A stretch of DNA of 54,203 bases, the filler included, from Sphacelaria rigidula (Eukaryota): NCBI GenBank assembly GCA_964200075.2. It is 5 parts of 5 records of this genome, joined end to end, with 100 filler letters (N's around TTAATTAATTAA, not from the genome) between each part and the next. Parts side by side here need not be neighbours in the genome. Positions count along the whole stretch, not along the records: positions 1 to 10,763 come from CAXNAA020005960.1; positions 10,864 to 21,625 come from CAXNAA020005961.1; 3 more parts are not named here. One strand, given 5' to 3'. The notes beneath the pieces are model-generated. The model had not been told where the DNA came from. It did not search any database and saw only the letters and a list, made by a program, of their open reading frames with translations. A program made the translations under genes and the position numbers. Shown here piece after piece: positions 1 through 14,000 of this stretch. The stretch's first letter is position 1. Each line of letters starts with the position of its first letter.

Positions 1-689
1 AGCACGTCCCGTTCCCCCTTGTATAGCTCACATTCTGCCACCATATGATTCCTGCTCTCTATCGCTGAGGGGGGAGGGGTGCACGGGAATTGTTGGTCAG
101 TTTATGCCGGGTATCTTCGGCTCGTGACCCTAGCTCTGCTTCCGACATACGTATATTCATCTCCATCTCTCCCGCCTATTATAGCAGTATTCATGACTCC
201 ACTCAAGTAAGTGGTTGAGAGGTTTCCCTACTAGTGCGGTCTCTAGCTGAGCCGCAACCTGTTTTCCACGGTGTTGGTTCTTGTATGGTCTATCGTCTGG
301 AACCTCGGGCAAGGGCCTGTCGGAGGTTTTCTTGTGACCGTCCTTCCGATAGCACATCTGTCAGTTCATTCTGTTGATTTCTTGTTCTTTATTTTCGTCA
401 TTTTGCTCGAGTTTCTTTCAGCTACGAGTCGGACCAGCCAATCACATTCCTATTGGGGGTTCAACAGCTTTGCCGCACCTAATTTTGGGATTTAGAAGCT
501 GAAAAATTGACACGAGGTAACTTGATTACTACGCATCAAGTAGCGGAAGCATCTAACAAAAAAAAACACACACACAAGGGTAAGGCCAATCCAAAATTCT
601 GGTGGAAAAAAAGGAAAATGTCTTCACACTATGGAAAAAAAACGAAAAAAAAAATGGGAACTCTCCGGAAGAGTTTTCAACTTGCATTC

Positions 690-2273
690 AGAAGGTCCTT
701 GTTAAATTTCGACTCAAAACTCCTGAAATCGGGCAGAGCATTCCACTCATTGTGTGACACCGGTGCACCCCGTTGTCAAATAGGCAAAAGAGACTACCGC
801 AAGGGCGGACGTTCTCGAGTTCACATTCCAACATATATTTTATTCTCTTGCAGAATCTGGTTCCGTCGTGAAGGCCATATATCAAGCAGTACGTTTGGCC
901 TCACTATTTTTTGAGCGACAGAGCGTGCATCAGCATGTTGGTTTGCAGTTCACAGCGATACACTTCCATCGGGTCAAGTCGGGAAAGTGATAACGTTAGC
1001 GTTATCGTGTGTATCGCGTGCCGGAAGAACTCGGATTTCTTGACTGGCCCAGTTCGTACCATTTTCCGCTTCTTCACCTTGGCCACGTGTATCTTGTTGC
1101 AGCGGCTAGATCAAAATCAATCCAGGTACCTTCGCCATGCGCGGGCGCGGGCGCCCCCTCCACCCTTACTGTTGCGGGGCGGCGTTGACGCCACATTGCC
1201 AAAAAAGACGGGGTGAAACTACCAAATAGTCTCGTTTCGAGAGCTACAACGGATTTCGCTATATCAAAGTGTTCACCACTGTAGCCGGTAATGGCAAACT
1301 GCTTATGTAGTGTAGGTGTTTTGCATTGACCCAATATCATATGCAGTCTTGTTACTTTTCCATAGTATGAACGCGGCATTTCGAAGGTTAGGCGTCGAGA
1401 CAAGGCATATGTTATGATGCTGAAACTTCGAGAATATGTTGGGTGACGCCACAGGAGGGGTGTCCAAGCGACAGGTTAGGTGTTGCTAGGTATCCAGGGC
1501 GCTGTGTGGGTTGAAACGGTGGTTATCAGCATCACCAGTTTCTTTCTTTATTTCGCACCCACTCCTTCGTCACACTTTGAACCCCTCCCCTTCTTCGGGA
1601 CGAGTCCGTGGTCTCAAAGAATCAACTCATATCTCCCCGGTATACGCCTCGCCTTTTCGTCTTGCGGATTGGGTCATGACTAGCAGCAATCCCGCACCGC
1701 GTCAACTCTGCTCCAAAAAACTGCCAAGTAGTATGTGTTTACTCACGTACTCACGCTTTCGACGGTGAAATATATACTTCGAAGTAAAAAACCAACGCAT
1801 CGCGAATGATACCCACGCTCTCTCCACCCTAATGGTGACTGTCGAAACCTCAGATCAACGGGGCGCGGCGGTTTGTTGTCCAATGACAATTATGGAGGGT
1901 ACGACATCAAAGCGGCGAGGAGCTCGCAACAAATGCTGCCACTTGTGCCATGGTGCTCCGCCTGCGCATGAATGAATGCTCGACGAAACACAGTAAACAA
2001 GCATAATTTGAGCTCCGCTATATATCTTTGAGCACTGAGCTCGACGTTTCGCAAAGTCGCATGACAGCTCCACCTGTAGGTCCTCTCGCGCGAACTAGGG
2101 ATTTTACCATGGAAGATACATCTCCTTACAGACAGTTCCAGAACTTGTTGGTACCCGCATGATATCGGACTGACACCCATCGAGGTGGTCGCTATGACAT
2201 TATTCTCCCAGTATATAGAGTAAGGTGGTACCAGATTTGCATTTAAATACTTGGGTGGTTCGGTAATTTCCAC
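690..2273 (-). CDS. Possible multi-exon gene or gene remnant of unknown function (exon structure unresolved)
   Basis: Several protein-like minus-strand ORF segments: 1890-2273, 1074-1403 (LTFEMPRSYYGK) and 904-1086 (KVKKRKMVRTGPVKKSEFFRHAI), with scattered AG/GT signals. No recognisable domain. Confidence 0.3.
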
Positions 2274-3716
2274 TTCCCAGAGGTGTCGCGGAGTATTATA
2301 CCATCTAACAGAGTGACACGATATGCACGTCTAGTTCAACGCCAGACCCAGTCAGTAGTACGCACTCTTGTGCACAGAGTGGCGCCCGCAGCTCTGAGAA
2401 AAAAATTAGGGATGCGAATTGCTCACACAAGATTGAAGAACTTCCCCCCAAAAGGTGTCCCGGTTCTTCCTGATGGACAAGTCAAGCTAGCCAGTCAGAA
2501 ACAAAGGATCCGTCCTGTCGGTTCCAAGAGAATTCCAGAAGGGCTTCTGCGCACATCGTGCACACTGCCCAGGTGCATTGCTCACGGCCGTACTGACTGT
2601 ACAACATCATTCCATACCCTTTGCCCATCGGTATCACCAACGATCAGATCACACATAACCTCTGGAGAGCGTCACCTCTTTCTGCCGCTAGCTCTAAAAT
2701 TGAACCCTTGAACCTCCGCTTGGGTCATCTGAGTCCTGCATTCATCTTTCAAGTCAAAGTTATGCCAATGCACAACAGTGACTCACCCTGAAGGTGGTTC
2801 TATATGATAGACAGAGCCGAACAACAAAGCAGAGTACAGGAAAATGCAGTACAATAGAGTACAGTAAAATGGTGTCTTCTCTCTCTCCCCCGCTGCATTC
2901 CTTCTCATTGTCCCCAATATCTATGGCCATCACCATGCACGAGATTACAAGAAACCTTTGAAGAGCGCGACGTCGTCCGGTCCCCAAGCTCCACGGTGGG
3001 CCATCTGAGCCCTGCAATTACTTTTCAAGTGAAATCATGCCACTTCAATATATACCAACACAACACTGTAGCTTTGTCGCAGCGCATGGATGATGTACAG
3101 ACGGCCGGCCGCATGTGGCGGTAAAGATAGACTGCATAACGAAGAAACAGAAGAGCACAATACAGTCACCATGATGTTGTCTGTTCCAGTACACGCCACG
3201 CTCTCTCAGGTGGGTCCCCAGAGCGGCCCGGTATACAAGCAGAAACGTTTATCCGTTCATAATTTGTCGGAGTGCGTTATGAATCGGTACACTTCTAGTA
3301 ACAGAAACAAAGCTACTCCGATTCAAACCGCTCTTCCCATTTAGCCCTGCCCCCGTCCCGTGTGCGTGGTTTCATACCGTCAATTGCTTTTGTTGTGAGG
3401 ACAGTGGCTTGTTCAGGAGCGTCCATCGATACGCCGGCTAAATCATACATGTTCTGGTCGGCCACGAGTGCGATTCAAGTGCAGTTTTGCGTTGTGTGCT
3501 TCAAAGCACAATCCATCTCTCGACAAACTCGCCTCCCGGGAACGTCCCGCGCTCGGCACACCAGACGGCAAAAAGTTTATAATTTTTTCAGAATTTCAGG
3601 GAACGCTGCAAGACAACTGAAAAAAGAACTTTGTCCAGACATATGTGTCAGGGGTGTTGAGGTGTATGAAGCGTCAACACGGGGAGAGCGGCGCGCGAAC
3701 GCACGATTTGCCCATG

Positions 3717-6700
3717 CTAAGGATGTATTTTAAAATCAAGTGTATCCACATGGGGAGAAGGAAACGAGGATGAGTTGTCCATGGTCGGAAGAATGTCGTC
3801 GAACAGTCCGGACACTTTTCGGAGGCGAACACCCCCAATTCGCATCCCCAACAGTGCCAATTTAGTCAGGAAGTCAGGAAGTCCGGGTACGGAGGACGTG
3901 TCGAGTAGCCGCAGCTTGCGATTTGTGCCGTGACATTCCTCCTGCATCGTGCAGATTCCTGCACAGTGGTACCGTGCCTGTGGCGACAGCTTTTCGTCCT
4001 AATTATGAGGCACATACTCTCGCGATGGTTTCTTCTCTGGGTGCCAATACAAATGATTCGGTGGAGCATAATTGCTTCAACTCGACCACTGCAATCGGCG
4101 GTAAATGAAAGGGATCAGTAAAAAGGTAAGTCTGCATATATTCCATCAGTAACAAAACTGTATATCGTATCGCGATAAAGCGCATTGATATTGGTACAGT
4201 TATAGCGTAAGTCCAGACGCACACATGACTGTACGACTGGATGGCCCATCCCGAGAAAAGCTAGACAAACAACATACCACCTTGACGTACCTGGACAACC
4301 TCCGATCTCGCTTCCAGGACCATCGCAGCCGCCTCCGGATCATCGCCGACGACGCCGTCGGTGTCCAGCTCCTCGAGACGTCTTGCCGCTGACCACAATT
4401 TAGAACAGGTATCTCGTCTTTCTCGCTCTAGTTGCTCTGCAACAAGTCGCTCTCTGGACAGAACATCCACTGCGGTCTCCGCGCTCTCCTCAGCACGCCG
4501 GGCAGCGCCCAGTAACAGGATTTCGCAATCACGTAGAGATTCACCACGGGTGGAGGACATGTGCGCTGATGTGCGCGCTGTGTCAGCGGCCACAGCGAAC
4601 GCGGCAAAAGTATCCCGTGCGGCGAGAGCAAGAGATTCGGTCACGGCGGCGCGCTGTTCAACCTTTGCCGCACGCGCGTCGTGGAATACGGACTGAACCC
4701 TCGCCACGGCGCGCGACACTGTCGCGGATGCGCTATTCCTCCTCCTTGCGCGCATTTCGGCCTCGGCCACGGCTGCCTCCGCCTCGGCTACTCGTTGCAG
4801 ACTGACGTTTACCTCTTCGCCGAGGGCTCCTGCGTCTCCAGATTGCTTCGCTTCGGCCGCAACCGTTTCGACACCGCTCATTGCCTCCGCGACAGCACGC
4901 GCCGCTACAGCTCCGGCTGGCTCTTGCGGCAGGTCATCGCCCGTCGAAGGAAACAAAGTATCGCCCGCGAGCTGGCCCAAGTCCCACGATGCTGCTACAA
5001 GTCGTGCTGTTTCCCAAGATACGCGGCGTTGTTCAGCCGCCGCTGACAGCTGCTCAATACGATCTCGCAACTGTGACAAGACGGCCATCGCCGGCTCCAG
5101 CCTTTCTGCAAGATACGCCCGCTCCTGCTCGTTGAGTGCCACCGCGGTTCGCTCGAGGGCCACCACCTTCTCGGCACGGCCCCTGGCTTCGGTGGCGGCG
5201 CCGGCGGTCGCCATGTAGCCTTGCGCGAACTCCTCCAGCTTTTCCACCGACAAAGAGTTGCTGCGGTTGTCGTAACGCTCGGCAGACATGGCTGCCGAAC
5301 GGCACCCCTGCAGTGCCTGCGACACAGCAGGACGGCAGAGAAGCCCGAGTACCTTCGCCTCTTCCGAGAGCGCATCTACGCGCTCACGTTCATCGTGGAG
5401 GATAGTCTTGGCTCTTGCTTCCAGGTCCAATAGTTTGCGCACACGGCGGACTTCTGTCCGACCCGAGTCCAACGCACCGAGCGCAGACTCGAGCGCCCCA
5501 CTCGCTACGAGAGCCTCCACACGCACCCCCTCACTTCGCCCGGCAGATGATGCCGTCGCCTCTACCCCATCCCCTACGGGCGTGTCTCCGAGATCACGGG
5601 AAACGCTTTCAAGCCCCCGGCGGGCCGCCCCAAGGACAGTTGTGACGCTTCGTTCGATATCCACCCCCCAAGTCTGCACATTGACCTCAAGCTCCTCCAA
5701 TTCTGACAATGCTAGCTGCAGCAATGTCCTGGCTGCCTGCTTGCGATCACCTTCTTCATCGGTGTCAGCTTCGCCCGCTTTTTGGAGCTCGAGCGCGGCA
5801 AGGAAGGCCTCCGTGGCGGCATCAGAAAACGCGTCGTCGCCGACGTCGCGGTCGTCTGCGCCTAACGCCCGCGAATCACCCTCGCCGCCACCCGCGCCCC
5901 CCGCCAATCGATCGGCTTTTGCTAGGACGGCGTCCAATCTCTCCAACGCTGCACGAAACGCATGCCCGTGTGCTTCATCCCGTCTCCCAACCTGCCCACT
6001 GACAACAGTGGGATCAAGCATCGCTCTGCGTAAAGCCCTCGCCTGCATCATCAACCGCTCTCCAGGTCTTCGCGGCGGACGCTCTGCAACTGCTGCCGGT
6101 TGGCTCCCCGCGTCGTCGGAGGTTCGTGGTTCTATCGGGCTCACTCGGTCTCCCAAGGAGCAGTAGTCATCCACCATGGTAATGAACGTTTTCACACTTG
6201 CGGTGCACGCTTCGACCACTTGCTCATCTGCGCTGCTCAGCGCGTGTCGATCTTTCCTTCGAGAGGGCATTGTACGTAACGGTTGCCGCAGGTGGTCGGA
6301 GGCGGCGTCGACGGCCCTCTGCGCCTCACGCAGCGCTAGCGAAACAGGGGTTACAGCGGCGGTCGCGGCGGCTGACTCACATCGGATGGTGGCCTCTTGC
6401 CAGCGAATGCGTGTGGCATCCAAGTCTCTCCGACAACCTGAAACGCCGTCAAGCGCAAGGGCTCGGCGCGCATCTGTGGATTCACATCGGAACGAAAGAT
6501 ACGTCGAAGCCAAGTTTAAGATCACCACACGCCGTAACAAATATTCTGTAGCGTTGTATACGAGGGGAATTGAAAAAGTCCGAAAAATAGTTCACATTTG
6601 GAATATCCACAAATGTAGGACTGGGAAAATTGAGAGCCGAATGATGGCGGGCGCGGGGACACTTTCACCTCCGACATTCTACAAATATGGATAAACTGAA

Positions 6701-8902
6701 ATTCACGCCGTGTCCTACCCAGCCGCGCACACCTGCTTCTTCAAGAGAAATCATCTCCGCTTTCACAGTGCGTTCCGCTTGTCGCACTCGCCGTGTCGCC
6801 ATCTCAAACACGCGCCGAACATGTCCCGGTTTAATGACGGGTTCCACGGCGCCATTGTTCATCTCATTATCCGCACGCCTCAGCAGAGAACGAGATGATA
6901 CCACCGCCTTCTCAGCTGCCGCAACAGCCTCCTCGCCCGGCCCATTCGAGATCAATGGCCGCCGCTGAATCGCCGTCGTGAGTTCGTCGAGCCGGTCGCG
7001 AAGGCCATACAACTCTCCGCCTGTGGTCCGTACCACCGCGGTGAGTGTCTCTGTGTCGCGACGTCTTTCCCGGGCGCCACTGCTGCGGAAACGTCGCAGA
7101 ATGTCGAAAACTCCGGCCGCACGATGCGGGTCATTCGCGCTTGATTGCTGCCCGGCGCTCGATGCGACCATTTCATCTCTCCCGCGCTCGATCCTTGCGT
7201 CAACATGCATCGTGCCATCTTCTTCGCGCAGGGCAGTGCCCCGAGCGGCATCTGTTGCAGCTGTAACAGCCTCAGCCGCGTCGTGTCCGTGTCTTTTCTC
7301 ATGCTCTAACTTTGCCATACCGTCCACAGCACCTGCATCTACTTCTCTATTTTCTCCCGTGGCTGCAGCCTCTTCTATCCGCCGCTCCGAAGAAAATGCC
7401 ACTGGGACGGCCCCCTGCGCCGTCCCTGCCCCCTGGCCGCGTCCGACATCATCCATTGATGGCCGCAGAACCCCCTCCTCTGCTTCCTGCTCGTCAACGA
7501 AGCCCCATCCTGTAAGAGCTTCTCCCCATATCCCGCTACTTCCCTGATCCACCCTTCCCTGCACCCCCGCCTCCATCTGCTGCTCGCCGGCTACAAGAAG
7601 CCCAAAGTCTGCGACCCACGAGTTCAGCCCGTCGACCTCCACTACGCCCCGCTCTCCTGCTTCGTTCTCAACGGGAGCGGGTGCCGCCTGATCTGCCCGA
7701 CCCCGTCCACTTGTCCGTTCGAGCTTCACAGGACCTCCCCCGCCCCCGCCGCCGCCGCTACCAGCAGTGGATGCTCTTCGCTCCTCCTCCTCCCCTTCGT
7801 CACGAATGAGCTCTGTTTTATTTTCAATGCCGCCACCATCGTTCGTTACCCAAGCTATTTTATCTTCGCCACATCTGCCTTCTGTACTACACACATTACC
7901 CCACTCAACCCATTCATCCCCCCCCTGAACATCGACACTATCACCGCACCCTCCATCAAATCCAACCTTTACAGAAAACACACCCTCCGCGCCCACAATG
8001 AAATCCACGCTTTCCTGGTCCGCCTCCCCGCCTCCGGAAGCACTGCTACTCTGACTCCGTCCCTCTTCTCCCTCCGGTGCCCGCGACACGCCGCCCAATG
8101 ACATGCTTACCCCACTACCTCTCCTGTGCTTCCTTCCCGTACTCGCCCGAGTCTGATATAAAAAAAATCTCGCCCCGTTCTTGGAAAAGATGCCATCACT
8201 GCTAGCCACCCCCGTCACACCGGTCATCCTTGCGACCGGCAGCGCTGGCGCGTGGTTGTTCAACACCCGCCGCGGCTGCTGTCTATCTTCGGCCCACCTC
8301 CCGCTGCCGGCGGCCTCAAACCCCAATGGTGTCACGAGAAACGCGCTCGGCTTAGTCGCCGCCGCCGTCCACTGCCGCCGAGAAGATGCAGAAATTGGTG
8401 ACAGCGGATACCCGTCGTGCTTGTGGTGCTCTTTCATCGCGGCAATTTCCCCCCTGTTATCAGACCCAGGCCAACACCGTCATTTAGAATTACCAGTTGT
8501 TGCCGATGGCGCACCCCCCTGACCACCAGCATCATCACTAACCCCAGTAGCCGTATCGACAGCAGCGGTAGACGTCGTGGCTGCAGCTCCGCCGCTTGTC
8601 GCGCTACCGACAGTGGTGGCGTCACTGGCGCTCACGGCGCCGACGGCATCGACAGGGACGGCGCTCGCGGCCCCATTGTTGCCGTTGTCTATACTCCCGT
8701 TGAGACCATTGATGGACAATTTGCCGACCGTTGATGACGTCGATGCCCCGTGGTCATCGAGCGAAGTCCCGCCATGGTGTTCGTGCTGGGTCTCTTCTTG
8801 CGCAAGGGACGATGACGGCGATGACGACGACGGCAAGTCTCGCAGTTTGGCGTAGAGATCGTACACGGCATCCTCAGGCAGGCCAAGGGAAGTGCAGATG
8901 TC
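3717..8902 (-). CDS. Multi-exon gene for a large Ala/Glu/Arg-rich predicted coiled-coil protein of unknown function (5' part not resolved)
   Basis: Proposed exons: 8902-6733 (acceptor tccag|GAC, donor GCAG|gtgtgc, contains an in-frame TGA at 8482-8480); 6473-4291 (acceptor ccacag|AT, phase 1 matches; donor CAG|gtacgt); probable exon 3941-3717 (tgcag|GAG, phase 0 matches). The 590 and 759 aa ORFs have long helical A/E/R/L runs. Confidence 0.75.
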
Positions 8903-10763
8903 CTGGACCACCAAAACCAAACGATCAAACGCCGGGGGAAACATGGAGCGGCTGTTATAGCAACACGCACACAGGCATTTTTATTGCTGTTATACAAGCA
9001 TAATCTATGCCCAGATGAACATGAACTTGGCGTTTTCGGCCAGGTGTGCCCTTTGCCTAGAGGGACGATGTAGTGTGAGAGGTAGAAAGCTCCATGTTTT
9101 GCACTTTGCCTGCTAGCTTTGATTGTTTGAGCTGACCATGTTGATAGTAGTTCATAGCCCTGCATGCACATCCCTCCCTGCCTACATGTGCCAGCTGTGC
9201 CAGCACCACCATCCCGAGTGTCCCCGTACGGTCGCCGAAAAACTACCGCGTTGCCCCCCAGATAAACACTGAACATTGCGTTGTTTGCATTCCTCAATTA
9301 GCGAGAAAAGAGCGTGGTCTCTTCGCGGTCACACGTTTTCAGTGGCAGCAACGGAACGCCGTAAAAAGTCAACCCCTGACAGTTGCAGAGTGCAAAATCT
9401 GAGATTCCGTGATCACTGTTGATTATTTCGCCTGGGGCGTACGCGTCTATTTGGCGACCTATCGTGAGTGTTCTCGCCCCGCTTCCAAAATTCTCAAAAT
9501 GCGTGTACTGTTATTGGTCGTCTCTCTTCGACTTATTTTCTTCAGTTTTCAAAGTTTATATTTAGCGTATTCGATCGAAAGCAATTTTCAGGTTTCTCGA
9601 CCACCGCGACTCATGACGGTTTTTACGTGATCCCAAATTCTGGGGATATAGAGACGTGAGTCGCCGACACAATTTTCGAGAAAATTCATTTATTCACGAC
9701 CGATTTCAAGTGAGGTACTGGCTTACTCGTCTTGAGGGGTCCCACGCGTGTACGACCCCTGGTTCTCGCTCTTTGATATTTTCGCTCGACCGACCGAACC
9801 CGGATGGTTCTTATGTACAATTATATGGCTTCAGCGTTTCGACTTTCTCGATATTCATTGCGCTACAGTCGAAAAAACGTGTTTTGGGGGCATATGCGGT
9901 TATTAACATCCCCTTGATATACAGGGTTCAACTCCGTGTCGCTCTCACAACACAAAATATGGGAGATGTATCCCGAGCACGATCTGCTTCTTTTTCCAAT
10001 GCCTACCGACCCTCAAACCCTCGAGTGAAGGTGACAGATCGTCTGTAAATAAATCCCGACGAAACCCATTGACGATTTCTGTCTTCGTGAAATGGCATCA
10101 TCTTCATTCATTTTCAAGTCAAAATGATGCCAATTCACAAAAACAAAAATCGTCAGTGGGTTCCAAAACGATTCAGCGAATACCATATCCAAAGTTTGAC
10201 TACTGTAGCTGAGCTTGGCAGTAATGCTTTGAATGGTCCTGCCCTCATTGAATATGAAGACTCGTGTGCGCATGTGATGTTCGGGGGGTTTCATGACATG
10301 ATCCCATCGCATCTAACGCCCAGCGTGCATCGACTCATCACGGACGCACGGTAATATGGACACAATCAATCATTTTGTGGGTTACCTCAACAGTGGTCTT
10401 AGCATTCGCCGCGTCCCGCCCCTCCTCCAAAACTATTGCCTGTGCTTCCGAGTAGAACATTCGGCGTCGGCGCTCCTCAGGCAGCGCTAGATCATCTCTG
10501 TCCAGCCGTTTCATATCAACAATTGTTTGTTCGTCCATTCCGCAAGCACCACAAGGACGGAGAGACGAAACAACATGGTCAACAATGAAAAGGGGGAGAT
10601 AAACAAAAGAACAAAAATGGACACACAGATAACACATACACAAGCAAAAAACGGTCGAAGTGGGAGGGACGGGGGGGGGGGGGGGGGGGGGGGGGGGACA
10701 AAAAAAAAGGAGGGGGGGGGGGGCGAGGGGGGCGAAAACAACAAAGTATTGGTGAAAACTAAA

Positions 10764-10863
10764 NNNNNNNNNNNNNNNNNNNNNNNNNNNNNNNNNNNNN
10801 NNNNNNNTTAATTAATTAANNNNNNNNNNNNNNNNNNNNNNNNNNNNNNNNNNNNNNNNNNNN
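10764..10863. other. Artificial contig-joining spacer (100 nt of N with TTAATTAATTAA linker)
   Basis: N run with a central all-frame stop linker; identical design to the other three spacers. Confidence 0.98.
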
Positions 10864-11090
10864 GATACCCTGGGCGTTGTTTGACGTGCCATCGGTCCCA
10901 AGATATAGAGTTTTCCCCGCCAGGTGCCTGAAGCGTATCTTAATTGGTACATTTCCCTCGATGGGTTGAAAATGTTCAAAACCTGTCCGTAGCTGCTCGA
11001 ACACACATTTGACGTTTGCATCGGATGGTGGTGTGACCCAACTCTCGCAATAGGTGGGTCTACCCCAACAACTTATAATTCAGTGTTGAA

Positions 11091-14000
11091 TCAATATCCG
11101 GGTTGGGAGTTTTGTTCAACCATCTGGAATTCGCCGAAATGAACATGCCACATACACAAAATGGTCAGTGTCCACTCCTTTTCCGACATCCCAACTTTTG
11201 ATTTCGAAGTCTCCACTAAGTTCATAGCCGGACTACACTTCTTCTCTTTTTCAATCTCAGCGGGATTTCGCGGTGCACGGCCCTCTGCGAGATCGTGGAT
11301 CCGACCTTCGCTACATGGTGGAGTGTACTCGATCGTGGAAATTTCTGTTGGAAGCGATGCTCCCAAGTTATCGTTGACAATAACTTGTCACAATGAGGGT
11401 AATACGAAAACCCGGAGATCGGGAGATATTACAACCAGCCTCAATTTCCGGGAGAAAAATCATTCCCACTATCAACACTGAACGACCTACGGGCTGACCG
11501 GACATATGGCGTGATTTGGACAAAGACACGCTCTGGGCGAGCTATGATAGGAGCACTTGGGACTGTTGGCCCCTCCAAAGATCAAGATGTTGGTGTCTGT
11601 TCTAAAATCACGTGACAACGATTGTTTCCGACCACTTGGTAAATTCTGCCTGAGGCTAAAAACCGTGTTCGTGGACCAAACAAAGGTCTGGCATCCCCAC
11701 ACAAAACGCTGTTCAAACCGTTTTGTCCCCAACAACAAAAATTGTAGAGTGCTTGGTCGTCTGCGCCATGGCATCTCTGAACAAGTTCTGTCGCGGCACC
11801 GACTGTATCTTAACCGCAAAATGCGCCAACCCTGGCCAAGTGGTGGACATCGCGTGAGTACTGTCTGTACGGCACATCAACACGAGCCATCCAGAACAAA
11901 AGCACGACGGCTAACAATAGGGAAGCCAGCAGCATAAATGCTGATGTAGTCTTTTTCTGGGGTTATGCCATCCGGGCAGCATGAAACAGCGCAAAACGAC
12001 AACGATAGCACTATCTTATCTTTTGTCCCGTATCCAAAGTCGTGCAGGATACAGGAGGAGCAAGCTAGGCGAAAATGGAGACCGCAATGCCAACCCCGGC
12101 CACCGCATCGATACCGCAGGCACGACGACGCTTACAGCGAACGTTGGATACACCAACCCGTATACCAAAATACAAAGCACTCCTTGTGGGACCATTGTTG
12201 TCCTGAATACCATCTCTCCGCAGCACAGTCCTGTACCGTGGCTGCGGGCTGCAGAAGGCCGGTAAACACAAGTGTGACGGAGTCTATACAAAAATCAAGT
12301 TTGCGTTAAAAATCGCGTCACGTAATGTAGGGAGACTGGTAATAATTAAATTAAAACGGTTGAAATTAGTATGTGCGTTATGCAATTTGACCTGCACGTA
12401 TGAACCCACCGCCCCTCGATACCCCCCAAATGTCCAAGCTTTATTTCACGTTTTTGTTTTTGTTTTTGTTCGTATTCTTTCAACATTAGACCCGCAGTCA
12501 GACCGTACTCTTGGCGCCTAGTAATCAACAGCTACAATTCCTAAAATAATTGAGGGTCTTCGTAATTAAATTAGCAGCATGTTGCCGACATCACACTTTT
12601 CTTGATGTTCGTGTTTCTTCGACATCCCCCGATGTCGGACCGCCCGCTTCGCGCCAAATAATCGGTAGCCCTAATCTATTTAAAAATTAAATTGGCGATT
12701 GTTCGCAACTGATGGAGCAAGTGAGACTTCGGCTACGAGGGATGTCAATGGATCACAGGCGAAATCGCTGATGGACATGTTCTGTATCGAAAAATCCAAT
12801 GGCCTGTGTGGTCTGAACAGATTCGACGAGCTCTTCGCACCAAGAAATCATGTCCAACCCCTTGAGAATTTGAAGCGGAGGATAATTGATTTTTTGGGCG
12901 AGCTGCACGGTCATACATGTGCTGTTTCGCGCCAGCATCTTACTGAACAAGACCCCGGCACAGCTTTACGCCAGAAAAATCATATACACCCACCAATGGA
13001 GGATGGTCAGGGGCAAAGGTAACAGTGACGTGCGTGCGTGTGGAAACTCGTGAGGCATGCACTGATTGGGTCGGGATCATAATATACCCTTGCGACGAAG
13101 TCGGCATTTCAAACTTCTTCAACTACAATTTTCTCGAAATTGCAACCCTGCTGTCATGGGCACAGAGCTCGCTACTCGGGAAGCGCGAGTGAAGGTCCGT
13201 CCGAGTACCATAGTTGCAGTACAGTATAGTGCGTCAACGCCGTGCAAGCAAAGGGTTATTTTCCGGACTAGGCAGAGCGTCGGTTTCTCCCACGAGAGCA
13301 AAGAGCGAACACCAACAACTGAGTATCAAGTACGGCGGCGAGTTGACAGGGGATGATATTTCACACAACAGCAGCTGCAATCGAACGCGCGCGTTATGGG
13401 CCCTTTCTTTCCGACATTCTACACAAGTTGCTGTGCACATACATGCGCCTGTCGCGTCAGCCATCGCAGTTCCCAAGATTAAGGTCATTCGGGCAGAATC
13501 AGCGTCTTTTGCCACTTAGCGATCAAGGTTACCAATAAAAATAAAAATAAAAAGCTGGGGAGAGCGGGGCAGGGGGTGCGGGGTGGTATATGCTGTGACA
13601 GAGGCAGAATGCCTACCTATCCACTTGAGGTGTAATAGTATCGAGACATATGTAATTATAAGGGGAGAAACTGCCTGGACGCATGCGTCATGTGCTCTCC
13701 TCTCTCAAATCAATCCTCCGCTACTCTATGTGTACGGTCAGAACAATAGCGAACACAACAAACGCATATAAAAAACACACGAGACAGATGTGATCAGGGC
13801 TGACTGGGTGGAAAGAAAAAAAAACGTACGCTGATTTTCACTTCGCTCCGTCTGTGCTGGTATAACAAGTGTTCATGAAGAAACCGGTGATAATGGACAC
13901 TCAACGCAGTGTCCTTACACCAGTACTTCGTGATGAAGTCCAGAAATGCAGTGAGCGTGCTCGCTTTGACGCGATTTTGAGCACGCGGTTGAAAGGGGAG

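Noticed and set aside
91-357. Solo LTR candidate (TGT...ACA ends, purine-rich tract nearby)
   Set aside because: No target-site duplication and no second copy in the window, so it cannot be supported.
5288-6166. 292-aa plus-strand ORF and other long Ser/Ala/Arg-rich ORFs over 4300-8900
   Set aside because: Antisense shadows of GC-rich coding exons on the minus strand.
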